Shown: positions 17,285 through 25,466, counted from the first letter of the stretch. The stretch: 27,272 bases of DNA from a virus (IMGVR_UViG_3300002301_000052:1-27272), one strand, 5' to 3'. The notes: generated by a model from the letters alone, not told the origin. Program-made: numbers and translations.

Positions 17285-17858
17285 ATACATCATCCTCTTT
17301 TGTAATATCTTGCAAGCCATTTTTACTCAAGTAATATACTTGATCACCAATAAATTTAGCTTCATTCCAATTATGTGTTATCCAGAGAACAGTTAAATTT
17401 CGTTCTTTAACAATGTTCTTAAAATCTTTTATTATCTTTAATCCAGTAATTGAATCAAGTGCACTGAGTGGTTCGTCACACAATAATATATTATTGCCGC
17501 TGCAAACTGCTCTAATAAGAGTAAATCTTTGTATCTGTCCGCCGCTTATTTCATAGGATTCTTTATCCAAATATTGTTCTAAATTCCATTGCTTAACAAG
17601 TGGAAGATAATCAATTTTTGTTGCTATATCTAAATTTTGACGAATTGTTAGCCAAGGAAATAACTGATTATTTTCTTGAAACACCATAAAAGCATCATCA
17701 GACAGATAATGAAGATGCAAGTCAGTTAACATACTAGTCTTGCCTATCCCACTTTCTCCCATGATTACACAGCATTGTCCTGCCTGCACCCGCAAATCTA
17801 CAGGTGCAAACAAGTTTTTGCCATCTCTTGATACTTGATAATCTTTTAATAAAATCAT
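17262..17858 (-). CDS. ABC transporter ATP-binding protein, NitT/TauT family
   Basis: Walker A GESGIGKT, Q-loop VFQE..LFPWLT, signature ISGGQ, Walker B LLCDEPLSALD, H-loop ITH; ATG at 17858 overlaps the upstream stop (TAATG). Confidence 0.93.
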   Translation of the reverse strand: MILLKDYQVSRDGKNLFAPVDLRVQAGQCCVIMGESGIGKTSMLTDLHLHYLSDDAFMVFQENNQLFPWLTIRQNLDIATKIDYLPLVKQWNLEQYLDKESYEISGGQIQRFTLIRAVCSGNNILLCDEPLSALDSITGLKIIKDFKNIVKERNLTVLWITHNWNEAKFIGDQVYYLSKNGLQDITKEDDVYDTLLFN

Positions 17859-18841
17859 TATTTTACTAAATCTTGATTCCAAACAATATCATTGGATTTC
17901 TTTTCTTTTCCATTGCCAGTTAAAATACCTACGCGATACATAAATTCAAGATAACGCAAGCCGCTGGTTGGTTTATATTGATATAAATCAGTATTAAGTT
18001 TCTTTTGCTCTGCAATCTCTTCCAGAGTTGGACTTGTTACTTGATCATTTTCCATATAAGTTTTAATCATAGGAATAGGGTCTTTTTCCCAAAGAGTAAT
18101 AGCTTCTCGTTGTGCGGCTACCCATGCCTTTGCAATCTTTGGATTTTCATCCAACCATTTCTTTGTGCTATAAACAACATTTAGTACGCCAACTGTTTTT
18201 GTTGGATCATTATTTTGAGCAACAATGTGCGCTCCCTTATTAACAGCAATATTCTGCCATGGAACTCCTACAATACCACAGTCAATCTCTGGATTTTCTT
18301 TGGTCATTTGGGCAACTGCTTGGTCACGAGGCATGGCAATGATATTAGAAGTAAACTTATCATACTCTTTATCACCTAATTTTGCAGCAGTATATTGGCG
18401 CAGTTGCATATGTTCGCCGCTGTTCAATCCTTGCATCGCAATACGATGTTCTGGTTTAATGTCGTCTAGCGTTTTAATCTTTGGATTGGTACATACTAGC
18501 CATTGATTATATTCTTCGGCACCAGCGAGCATACGAAACTTATCTGGGTCTTTGTCAAATAAGATACCAAATCCATTGATACCACCAAAGATAACATCAA
18601 TTTGTCCTAATAGCAGTCCTTCATTTGCTTTGGTAGCTGCAAGAACATCAACAAATTCAATTTTGACATCCTTGATTCCTTCTTTTTCAGCATATTTTGG
18701 TAGAAGTTCTGCAATTTTATAAAGTAATGGTTCGCTGCTAGCATACTTTGCCATGCGATTAACATGCACAATTGTTTCTGCATATGCGGATGTGGTGATA
18801 GTAAGTGCAGCAATGGCTGCAATAATAACTCTGTTAAACAT
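17858..18841 (-). CDS. ABC transporter substrate-binding protein, NitT/TauT (NMT1/SsuA/TauA-like)
   Basis: Signal peptide MFNRVIIAAIAALTITTSAYA; LLLGQIDV, NPKIKTLDDI, KKWLDENPKIAKAW; start at 18841 with SD AAGGAG. Confidence 0.88.
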   Translation of the reverse strand: MFNRVIIAAIAALTITTSAYAETIVHVNRMAKYASSEPLLYKIAELLPKYAEKEGIKDVKIEFVDVLAATKANEGLLLGQIDVIFGGINGFGILFDKDPDKFRMLAGAEEYNQWLVCTNPKIKTLDDIKPEHRIAMQGLNSGEHMQLRQYTAAKLGDKEYDKFTSNIIAMPRDQAVAQMTKENPEIDCGIVGVPWQNIAVNKGAHIVAQNNDPTKTVGVLNVVYSTKKWLDENPKIAKAWVAAQREAITLWEKDPIPMIKTYMENDQVTSPTLEEIAEQKKLNTDLYQYKPTSGLRYLEFMYRVGILTGNGKEKKSNDIVWNQDLVK

Positions 18842-18847
18842 AATTTT

Positions 18848-19040
18848 CTCCTTTCTTAGGTTAACAGATAACACAAAAAACATCAATATAATTGATGTAA
18901 CTAGGTTAAATTTTACAATGAAAGGAGTTTGCAATTTGTGGGATAATTGCTACGGTCGGCGTTTGGTAAGACATTACTTACTGTACAGGGATTGTTCCCT
19001 TTGCGTCGATTATGGTCCGAGGTCTTGCGGCCTTACTCCG
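18848..19040 (-). promoter_or_regulatory. Riboswitch-like structured 5' leader of the ABC operon
   Basis: Closing stem GGAGU/ACUCC (19035-19039 with 18924-18928) enclosing four hairpins; anti-SD CUCCUUUC (18920-18927) complementary to the SD region GAAAGGAG (18848-18855); terminator-like hairpin at 18875-18898. Confidence 0.55.
18875..18898 (-). terminator. Attenuator-like hairpin within the ABC leader
   Basis: ACAUCAAU-UAU-AUUGAUGU followed by a U run; AU-rich, so probably weak. Confidence 0.45.
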
Positions 19041-19044
19041 AAAA

Positions 19045-19052
19045 TATTTATA
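19045..19052 (-). promoter_or_regulatory. T4-type late promoter for the ABC operon
   Basis: Exact TATAAATA 5 nt upstream of the leader's first stem. Confidence 0.7.
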
Positions 19053-19078
19053 CTTGATACCATGACATATATATTTTT

Positions 19079-19945
19079 ATGTTAGAAAAATCTGCTGCTG
19101 GCATAAAACATGCTGAATATGTTAATTGGCTTATTAAAAACAAAATACTAGAACAAATATTAACTAACAAGCTGCCGATGCATTGTCAAGATGAATATCT
19201 AGAATATTATGAAAAATGGATTGCAAGCAGCAAATATAACAGTTTTACTGGTTTTGAAAAATTTCCACATCGTTATATTAGTTTAGGCGTAACCCAAGCA
19301 ATAGATGATTGGACATTGTATTGCGTTAAAAATAATCTAAGATTACGAGTATTTCGTGGAGAATATCCATATAGTAAAGAATTTACTAATTGGTGTTGGA
19401 TAGAAGATGCACCGTTACAAAAGAATGATGCTGTTCTTATAAGTTTTCCATTTAGTGGAAATGGTAATAAACATACATTATACGATTGGTTAATTGAAAC
19501 ATGCAATCATATGAATATACCTGTATTTGTTGACTGTGCTTTTTTTGGTGCATGTAGCGATATGCAAGTAAATTTAAATCAACCATGCATTGACACAGTA
19601 GCATTTAGTTTAACTAAAGGATTAAGTGCAGTAAATTACAGAAGTGGAATCACATTCTCGCGCCGTAGCGGAAAAGATACAACTTTAGATATGCAAACTG
19701 CTTGGCAAAATGGCATACATTTAAATGTAGCAATAGGATTACAACTTATGCGGCAATTTTCACCTGACACGCTGATTGATGCTTATAAATCATCACAAAT
19801 AGAAATATGTAAGCGATTAGAAATTACGCCAAGTAATACTATTCAACTTGCTACGGGTGATAAGAAATGGAATGATTATAGCCGAGACCTTGCCTATAAC
19901 CGCATAAACATCAGGAACATGATAACGCAACCATATCTTTATTAA
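19079..19945 (+). CDS. PLP-dependent enzyme (fold type I, aminotransferase/decarboxylase-like)
   Basis: GVTQAID, GEYPY, IPVFVDCAF (Asp contacting the PLP pyridine N) and FSLTKG (Schiff-base Lys). Confidence 0.7.
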   Translation: MLEKSAAGIKHAEYVNWLIKNKILEQILTNKLPMHCQDEYLEYYEKWIASSKYNSFTGFEKFPHRYISLGVTQAIDDWTLYCVKNNLRLRVFRGEYPYSKEFTNWCWIEDAPLQKNDAVLISFPFSGNGNKHTLYDWLIETCNHMNIPVFVDCAFFGACSDMQVNLNQPCIDTVAFSLTKGLSAVNYRSGITFSRRSGKDTTLDMQTAWQNGIHLNVAIGLQLMRQFSPDTLIDAYKSSQIEICKRLEITPSNTIQLATGDKKWNDYSRDLAYNRINIRNMITQPYLY

Positions 19946-20426
19946 GTTCCCAAAACCTATCATAATCCATGATAGCCCAACGAATATCTTTATACTGATA
20001 AAGCATATGATATTCTACAAATAGCGGATGCTCATAGTATTGATCAAATTCAATCGCTACATATTTGCCTTTGCGATTAAATTTCATAATAAGAATATTA
20101 AAATCGCCTTCATCGCTGGCATCCATTAATTGGTCTAGCCATACATCAAGCTGCTTGCAACTCCCACTAAACAGTTGGTGAAAGGGAAAATCTGCATAAC
20201 TTTTACATTCACAATTAAATTTGGGAAAACTTTGACCAGGTATAATATCTCCCTTGAAAGAACGAATTTGTCCCTCGTGTAGAAATTCTTTACGCTTGGT
20301 GTTAGTTCCGCCAACATAAGCACCCGAACCTGGCGCACGAATGAATGTCTCACCATATAACGATGTTAAATGTTTGGCAACATCTCGCTCCCATGTATTG
20401 CCTTTGTTCTTGCTTTTACTTGTCAT
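19911..20426 (-). CDS. Holliday junction resolvase (Hjc-like PD-(D/E)XK nuclease)
   Basis: SKNKGNTWERDVA, RAPGSGA, GDII, CECK; downstream of gp46/gp47. Confidence 0.8.
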   Translation of the reverse strand: MTSKSKNKGNTWERDVAKHLTSLYGETFIRAPGSGAYVGGTNTKRKEFLHEGQIRSFKGDIIPGQSFPKFNCECKSYADFPFHQLFSGSCKQLDVWLDQLMDASDEGDFNILIMKFNRKGKYVAIEFDQYYEHPLFVEYHMLYQYKDIRWAIMDYDRFWELNKDMVALSCS

Positions 20427-21396
20427 TTAATCTCTCAATAATTTCTTTTAGCGTAAGTGATTGCCAAGATTCTGGTAAACCAACTTCATTTTTAAGCACA
20501 TCAATCGCCAATGCTTCGTATAATATATTATCATTGAGATGAGGTCTATATATTAAATCTCTTGATTGTACATACAAATCATTTGTTATATTTCTATAAT
20601 TCTCTTGTCTTTTTAAAAATTCTTTATGTATATGAGCAATTGGTGACAAATTAAAATCACCAGATTGAGTATCATCCAGTATAATTTGTAATTTATCTAT
20701 AAAATCTTCGCTTAATATTTCTTCTAGTTTGATATTATAAAGATATCTGCCAGATGCATAAATCCAATTATCTTCTTTATTATATTCCCAACTCTCGTTA
20801 TCATACCGATGTTGAACACTTGAATTAATAGCTTCTCTATATAAATTAACCGTGTTAGTTGCTAGTTGTTGATTATGCCATGGATATATTTTTTTCCAAT
20901 TTTCAACAAGATAATTGCGAGCATTGAGTTTATCATCATCTTGAAATACATAATAACCATTATCATCTGGTACTGTTTCAACTACCCAGTTTTCTTTATG
21001 ATACATGTTTATTGCAGCTAAATGTGTATAATATTCATTGTCGCCATTATAAATGTTTATTATAATTGGTTCTTTTTCAATACGCAAAATCCAAAAAAAT
21101 GAATTTTCAAAACTTTTCATCCAATTATGATGATTGCTATTATAATTTACATTGCTTTTTATTCCTATTGGATAAATTGTTCCCATAGGATAACGATTGC
21201 GCAATGTTGATTGTATAAGATTTTCAATGGTTTGATGCGGTGGATTTTTAATATGGGCATGACTGCTACCATTATTAAAAAATGGATTATCAACGGTATT
21301 ATTGCACAAATCTATCTCAGAACGAGAAATTAGCCAATGGATATAACTTCCGTAATATCCAGTTGGCCAAATCATGTATAGATTTTTAGTGAGCAT
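20416..21396 (-). CDS. Hypothetical protein, possibly sulfotransferase/P-loop-like
   Basis: Clean 326-aa ORF coupled to its neighbours; N-terminal LYMIWPTGYYGSYIHWLI loosely resembles a PAPS-binding loop. Function is weakly supported. Confidence 0.4.
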   Translation of the reverse strand: MLTKNLYMIWPTGYYGSYIHWLISRSEIDLCNNTVDNPFFNNGSSHAHIKNPPHQTIENLIQSTLRNRYPMGTIYPIGIKSNVNYNSNHHNWMKSFENSFFWILRIEKEPIIINIYNGDNEYYTHLAAINMYHKENWVVETVPDDNGYYVFQDDDKLNARNYLVENWKKIYPWHNQQLATNTVNLYREAINSSVQHRYDNESWEYNKEDNWIYASGRYLYNIKLEEILSEDFIDKLQIILDDTQSGDFNLSPIAHIHKEFLKRQENYRNITNDLYVQSRDLIYRPHLNDNILYEALAIDVLKNEVGLPESWQSLTLKEIIERLNDK

Positions 21397-21399
21397 TAA

Positions 21400-23511
21400 T
21401 TATACTGTCTCAACATCATCGCTGTAACTAGTAAACCCATTTTCTTTGGTTACTGTAAGAATATTATTTACGCGATTTGCCAACTCATCCTTGTGTGATA
21501 CAAGGAAGATACTCTTGCCACGCTCACGAGTCATGCGTTTAAGAATAGCCAGTGAGTTCTCAACACCACTTGCATCCATGCCGCTATCAATCAATTCATC
21601 AATAAAGAGCAGATTGATATGTTGATATAGATTTTCCCACACATCACGGAAAGCCCATGATAGCGAAAGAATAAGACGATTGCGTTCACCACGAGATAAG
21701 TTATCAAAGTCAAGGTCACGACCAAGTTCAGTGATTTCTACGCTTAAATCATTGATGAACTTAACTTCATGCGGTAATCCAATGGCACTCAGGTAAGCAC
21801 CGAGACGACTATTGAGATATGCAAGGTTTTGATCAATAATCTTCTTACGAACAAAACTATCCTTGCTAACAAGCATTTTCAACAAAAACTCTTGATGTTC
21901 TTGCATCTGAGTAAGTCTATTAATGCTATCCCATGTAATCTCCATAACAGCATTTGTTTCCATATCATTGATTTGATCAACATATGGATCGCTTTCGTTA
22001 TGTTTTTGCTCTAAAGTATTAGCTAACTGGTCAACAATACTGCGATGCTCTAAGGCTTGCTCTAAGCTATCATAGTTAAGATTATAGATATCCTCACTAT
22101 ATTCAATGGTATTATCAGCAAGTTTTGTTTCTAACTGAGAAATTTCTTCGTCATAAGGATTAGGCTGAGACTGTTGACTTTCTAAGCTATTTTGCAATTC
22201 ATCAAGCGTTGCACGATGGCTCAGGGCTTCTTCAAGAGTTTTATAGATGACGGTTGGTCTATCGCCAACATCACCAATTTTCTTAATGGTATCATAATGA
22301 TCCATTCGCTGACCTTCACTTGCAATAAATTGCAATGCGCTTTCACGCAAGGCCGCTTCTTTTGCCGCAAGAATATCTGCCTGATTGTCATCATGAAGAT
22401 CGCTACCACAAGCATAACACTTGTGATTTTTAAGGTCTTCAATCTCTTTCTTTAACTTATCTTGTGTTTTTTCTTCCTTGGCATTAGCAACATCAATAGA
22501 TGCAATCCACTTCTTTGCTTCATTAATTTGCTGTATCTTTTGATCATAGTCAGCTAGCGCACGATGATTGGCAATTTCTGCATCAATATCAATATTAGCT
22601 AACTTAATAATCTTATCATTAAGTTGCTTGCAACCATCATCATTCTTGCGTTGCCACATTTGCCCACGAGTTTTTGCACTATTAAGCTGATTTTCAATCT
22701 GCTTCATAGCATTAACAAGTGATATGGTCTTATGATTGGCAATTTCTTTTTCAATATCAATGCTAGACAAATCAATAAGATTGCGTTCTAGCTTATTAAC
22801 ATCTTCATCATACTTGCTTTGCCATAGCTTTTGGCGTTTCTTAAGAGCATCAACCTGCTGCAAAATTCTTTCATTGGCATCTTGCTGCGCCTTAATACGA
22901 ATCTTTTCTTCTTGAATCAGGTCTTTTGTAGTTTTAATTTGATTCTTGAGACCATCTGCCTTTTCACTAAGAATAGTGACGCCAAGCAACTGTTCAATGA
23001 CCTGTCGTTGATCATTGGCTCTCATGCTTAGGAATGGTTCAGTATAAGTGTTTAACGCCACAACATGCTTAAACATATCATGCGACATGCCAAGTAAACG
23101 TTCAATGTCATTTTGAGTCTCGCGACTATCACCCTGACTATCATCCTGATAGCCAGTTTGCTCTTCGCCATCAATATACAACTTAGTAAACGTTGGTTTG
23201 CGACCACGTTCAATGCGGTAAGCCCTATTATTAACTTCAAAATCAATCGTAACGACCATGTTTTTAGCATTGGTCTTGTTAATCAGATTATCTTTTTTGA
23301 TGTTAGTAAGGGCTTGACCGTAGAGACCATAACTTAGAGCGTTGATAATGGTAGTTTTTCCTGTACCATTACGAGCACCTGTATCATCACCTCCTAAATC
23401 CAAGTTCTCTCCGAGTACTAGTGTTAGGTCACTACGGTCAAAGTGTACAGCCTGGGTTGCATTTCCCACGCTCATGAAATTCTTAGCGGTAAGATTTTTA
23501 ATTTTTAACAT
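21400..23511 (-). CDS. gp46: Recombination endonuclease ATPase subunit, T4 gp46 / SbcC / Rad50-like
   Basis: KNFMSVG, Walker A NGTGKTT, zinc hook CYAC, signature LSRGE, Walker B LLFIDE, VSH. Confidence 0.96.
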   Translation of the reverse strand: MLKIKNLTAKNFMSVGNATQAVHFDRSDLTLVLGENLDLGGDDTGARNGTGKTTIINALSYGLYGQALTNIKKDNLINKTNAKNMVVTIDFEVNNRAYRIERGRKPTFTKLYIDGEEQTGYQDDSQGDSRETQNDIERLLGMSHDMFKHVVALNTYTEPFLSMRANDQRQVIEQLLGVTILSEKADGLKNQIKTTKDLIQEEKIRIKAQQDANERILQQVDALKKRQKLWQSKYDEDVNKLERNLIDLSSIDIEKEIANHKTISLVNAMKQIENQLNSAKTRGQMWQRKNDDGCKQLNDKIIKLANIDIDAEIANHRALADYDQKIQQINEAKKWIASIDVANAKEEKTQDKLKKEIEDLKNHKCYACGSDLHDDNQADILAAKEAALRESALQFIASEGQRMDHYDTIKKIGDVGDRPTVIYKTLEEALSHRATLDELQNSLESQQSQPNPYDEEISQLETKLADNTIEYSEDIYNLNYDSLEQALEHRSIVDQLANTLEQKHNESDPYVDQINDMETNAVMEITWDSINRLTQMQEHQEFLLKMLVSKDSFVRKKIIDQNLAYLNSRLGAYLSAIGLPHEVKFINDLSVEITELGRDLDFDNLSRGERNRLILSLSWAFRDVWENLYQHINLLFIDELIDSGMDASGVENSLAILKRMTRERGKSIFLVSHKDELANRVNNILTVTKENGFTSYSDDVETV

Positions 23512-23517
23512 TGTTTT

Positions 23518-23546
23518 AGTATACCACAGTTAAAGGCTATTGTAAA
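23518..23546 (-). promoter_or_regulatory. Sigma70-type promoter for gp46, leaderless geometry
   Basis: TTTACA-17 nt-(TGn)TATACT-6 nt-ATG; no SD. Confidence 0.7.
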
Positions 23547-24543
23547 TTTCCATGAGCAGCCGTGTATCATAATGCTGCGTATCAAGATTTTGAATTTGAC
23601 TTAGCACAATTTGGTCAACAGATTCAAACTTAACATCACCAATGGCGTTTTCAGTCAATACTTCGCCACGATGCTGAATAAGGCTCAAATCACGAACCGC
23701 ATAAGTTTTAGCCATTTCTTCCTTGATGAAAGTTGCTTCTTCATAAGAAATGTTAATATCAATATTAACACGAGCATACGTCTTGTCACTCAAATGCGTA
23801 TCTGGCGCATCAAGAAGCTGCGATAGGGTAAGGACGCGATAGCGCGGTCCCTCGAGCCAATCATGATAAACTGGCTCCTGACCCCACTCAAGGATCATTG
23901 CCCCACGAGCATCGTCCCAAGCGTCAGCATAGTTATGAGGAAAAGCATTGCCAATATAGTGAACATTTCCCCGCCGCTGGCGCTTATGAAAATGTCCCGT
24001 AAAAACCGTTCCAACATTTCCAAAATCATCGCTTCTTAATCCTCCGTGATCTGGCATTTCTACCATTGCATTCATCATAAACTGTGGCAACTCAAAGTGA
24101 CCCATTACATATCGTGACTTAATCTTGTTCATATTCTTATGTTCTTCGCCAATTAGCCAAGGAACAAAAGTAACATCACCTTCCGTATGTTGATCCATAA
24201 CAAGTTCAATGTTCTTAAACTTCTCAATATAACGAATAGAAGTAACAGTTCTGCGATCTTTATGATAAAGATCATGGTTGCCTGGAATGAACAGCACTCG
24301 TAATCCAATATCGTTAAGACGATTTAGGATACGAATAGAATGATCCATTGTGTTAATATTCAAACTATTGCGAGTATCGTGAAAATCTCCGAGAAATAGG
24401 ATCGTATCACAGTTTTGAGTCTTGACTAAATCCAAGAACCAATCCATATAACGATCACAGTCATTGAGGAACAATTGGCTATTTTGTTTATAGCCAAGGT
24501 GAAGGTCGGTAAAAACCGCTGCTTTTTTAAACAAGTTTGACAT
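23530..24543 (-). CDS. gp47: Recombination endonuclease nuclease subunit, T4 gp47 / SbcD / Mre11-like
   Basis: Metallophosphoesterase motifs DLHLG, LGDFHD, GNHD, GHFE, GHFH. Confidence 0.96.
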   Translation of the reverse strand: MSNLFKKAAVFTDLHLGYKQNSQLFLNDCDRYMDWFLDLVKTQNCDTILFLGDFHDTRNSLNINTMDHSIRILNRLNDIGLRVLFIPGNHDLYHKDRRTVTSIRYIEKFKNIELVMDQHTEGDVTFVPWLIGEEHKNMNKIKSRYVMGHFELPQFMMNAMVEMPDHGGLRSDDFGNVGTVFTGHFHKRQRRGNVHYIGNAFPHNYADAWDDARGAMILEWGQEPVYHDWLEGPRYRVLTLSQLLDAPDTHLSDKTYARVNIDINISYEEATFIKEEMAKTYAVRDLSLIQHRGEVLTENAIGDVKFESVDQIVLSQIQNLDTQHYDTRLLMEIYNSL

Positions 24544-24549
24544 AGTATT

Positions 24550-24578
24550 ACTATACTTTAATAAGAATTATTTGTCAA
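24550..24578 (-). promoter_or_regulatory. Sigma70-type promoter for gp47, leaderless geometry
   Basis: TTGACA-17 nt-TATAGT-6 nt-ATG; no SD. Confidence 0.75.
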
Positions 24579-24581
24579 ATA

Positions 24582-25412
24582 TTATTCTATACCGTCAATA
24601 CCACTTCCGCCACTTTTGATAGCATTATTAGTTTGACGAGTATAAGAAGGATTTAATCCGTTTGCTTCAAGGATGTCGTCACGAAGGTTTTGGTTGCGCT
24701 TCTCAACGTTAAGAACTCTAGTAAAACTATTGGTGATAGTAGCAGTGTAATAAGCAAAAGGATTATTAGATTTGCTTTCGTCAAATTGTAGCCCTACCTG
24801 TGATAACTGTAACAATGCCTGAGAGCGCATCTCATCATTGTATGTATAACCACGCCAGTTACCCTTAGAACCATAGCGTTCACATAGTTTAATAAACATG
24901 CGAGCCAACATTGGAGTCATCTTGCCATGATCTTTGTTGAACCATCCATTTTCTAAGCCACCTTCCCAATGTGACTTGGCGCAGCAAATTAGCTTATCAT
25001 CTTCTGTATAACGATAATGTTGAAATGGTGGAAAGTTTACCTTGGTATGATGGTCAGCCGTTGTTTTAAGGCTCTTTTTGCGACCAGGTGCAAGGGGAAT
25101 ATGATCCCAACAAATAATTCTGAATACTACCTCAGTTTTTTTAATCGTATGCCAATCTACCGCATGAGCATCTTGTTTAGTTTTCACGCCTGTTGCAGTC
25201 ATGGCTTCCCATGCCTGTTTTGCCATTCTATCAGCACGAGCGCGTTTAGCCTCTGCAACGGTCTTTTGATTGATTTTACTCACACTTGGTAAAATCAAAT
25301 CATAGACCTGATCTTCAGGCGTTAAGAATGAACAAAATGTATTTTTGCTCTTAGCAATCTCTTTTAATAGGTCTTTGTTTGTTAGATAAGGGGTGCGTTT
25401 TGTTGTTGTCAT
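24582..25412 (-). CDS. gp55: Late transcription sigma factor, T4 gp55-like
   Basis: YLTNKDLL, NWRGYTYNDEM, FDESKSNNPFAYYT..NSF; upstream of gp47/gp46 as in T4-like phages. Confidence 0.92.
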   Translation of the reverse strand: MTTTKRTPYLTNKDLLKEIAKSKNTFCSFLTPEDQVYDLILPSVSKINQKTVAEAKRARADRMAKQAWEAMTATGVKTKQDAHAVDWHTIKKTEVVFRIICWDHIPLAPGRKKSLKTTADHHTKVNFPPFQHYRYTEDDKLICCAKSHWEGGLENGWFNKDHGKMTPMLARMFIKLCERYGSKGNWRGYTYNDEMRSQALLQLSQVGLQFDESKSNNPFAYYTATITNSFTRVLNVEKRNQNLRDDILEANGLNPSYTRQTNNAIKSGGSGIDGIE

Positions 25413-25444
25413 GGTTACTATTATATATGGTTATTTTAATAAAA

Positions 25445-25454
25445 TAAATATTTA
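25445..25454 (+). promoter_or_regulatory. Late-promoter-like TAAATA (palindrome TAAATATTTA) before the baseplate genes
   Basis: ATAAATA ending 16 nt upstream of ATG 25467. Confidence 0.55.
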
Positions 25455-25466
25455 ATTGAGAGTACA

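Noticed and set aside
18842-18934. 31-aa N-terminal extension of the binding protein given by the ORF track
   Set aside because: The strong SD and signal peptide place the start at 18841; the extension is part of the structured leader.
18906-18974. Possible 22-aa leader peptide MSYQTPTVAIIPQIANSFHCKI in the ABC leader
   Set aside because: No convincing SD and no run of regulatory codons. Not supported, though it cannot be fully excluded.
21400-23511. Intein as the cause of the long gp46
   Set aside because: No intein splice-junction or LAGLIDADG motifs were seen; the extra length is explained by coiled-coil duplications.
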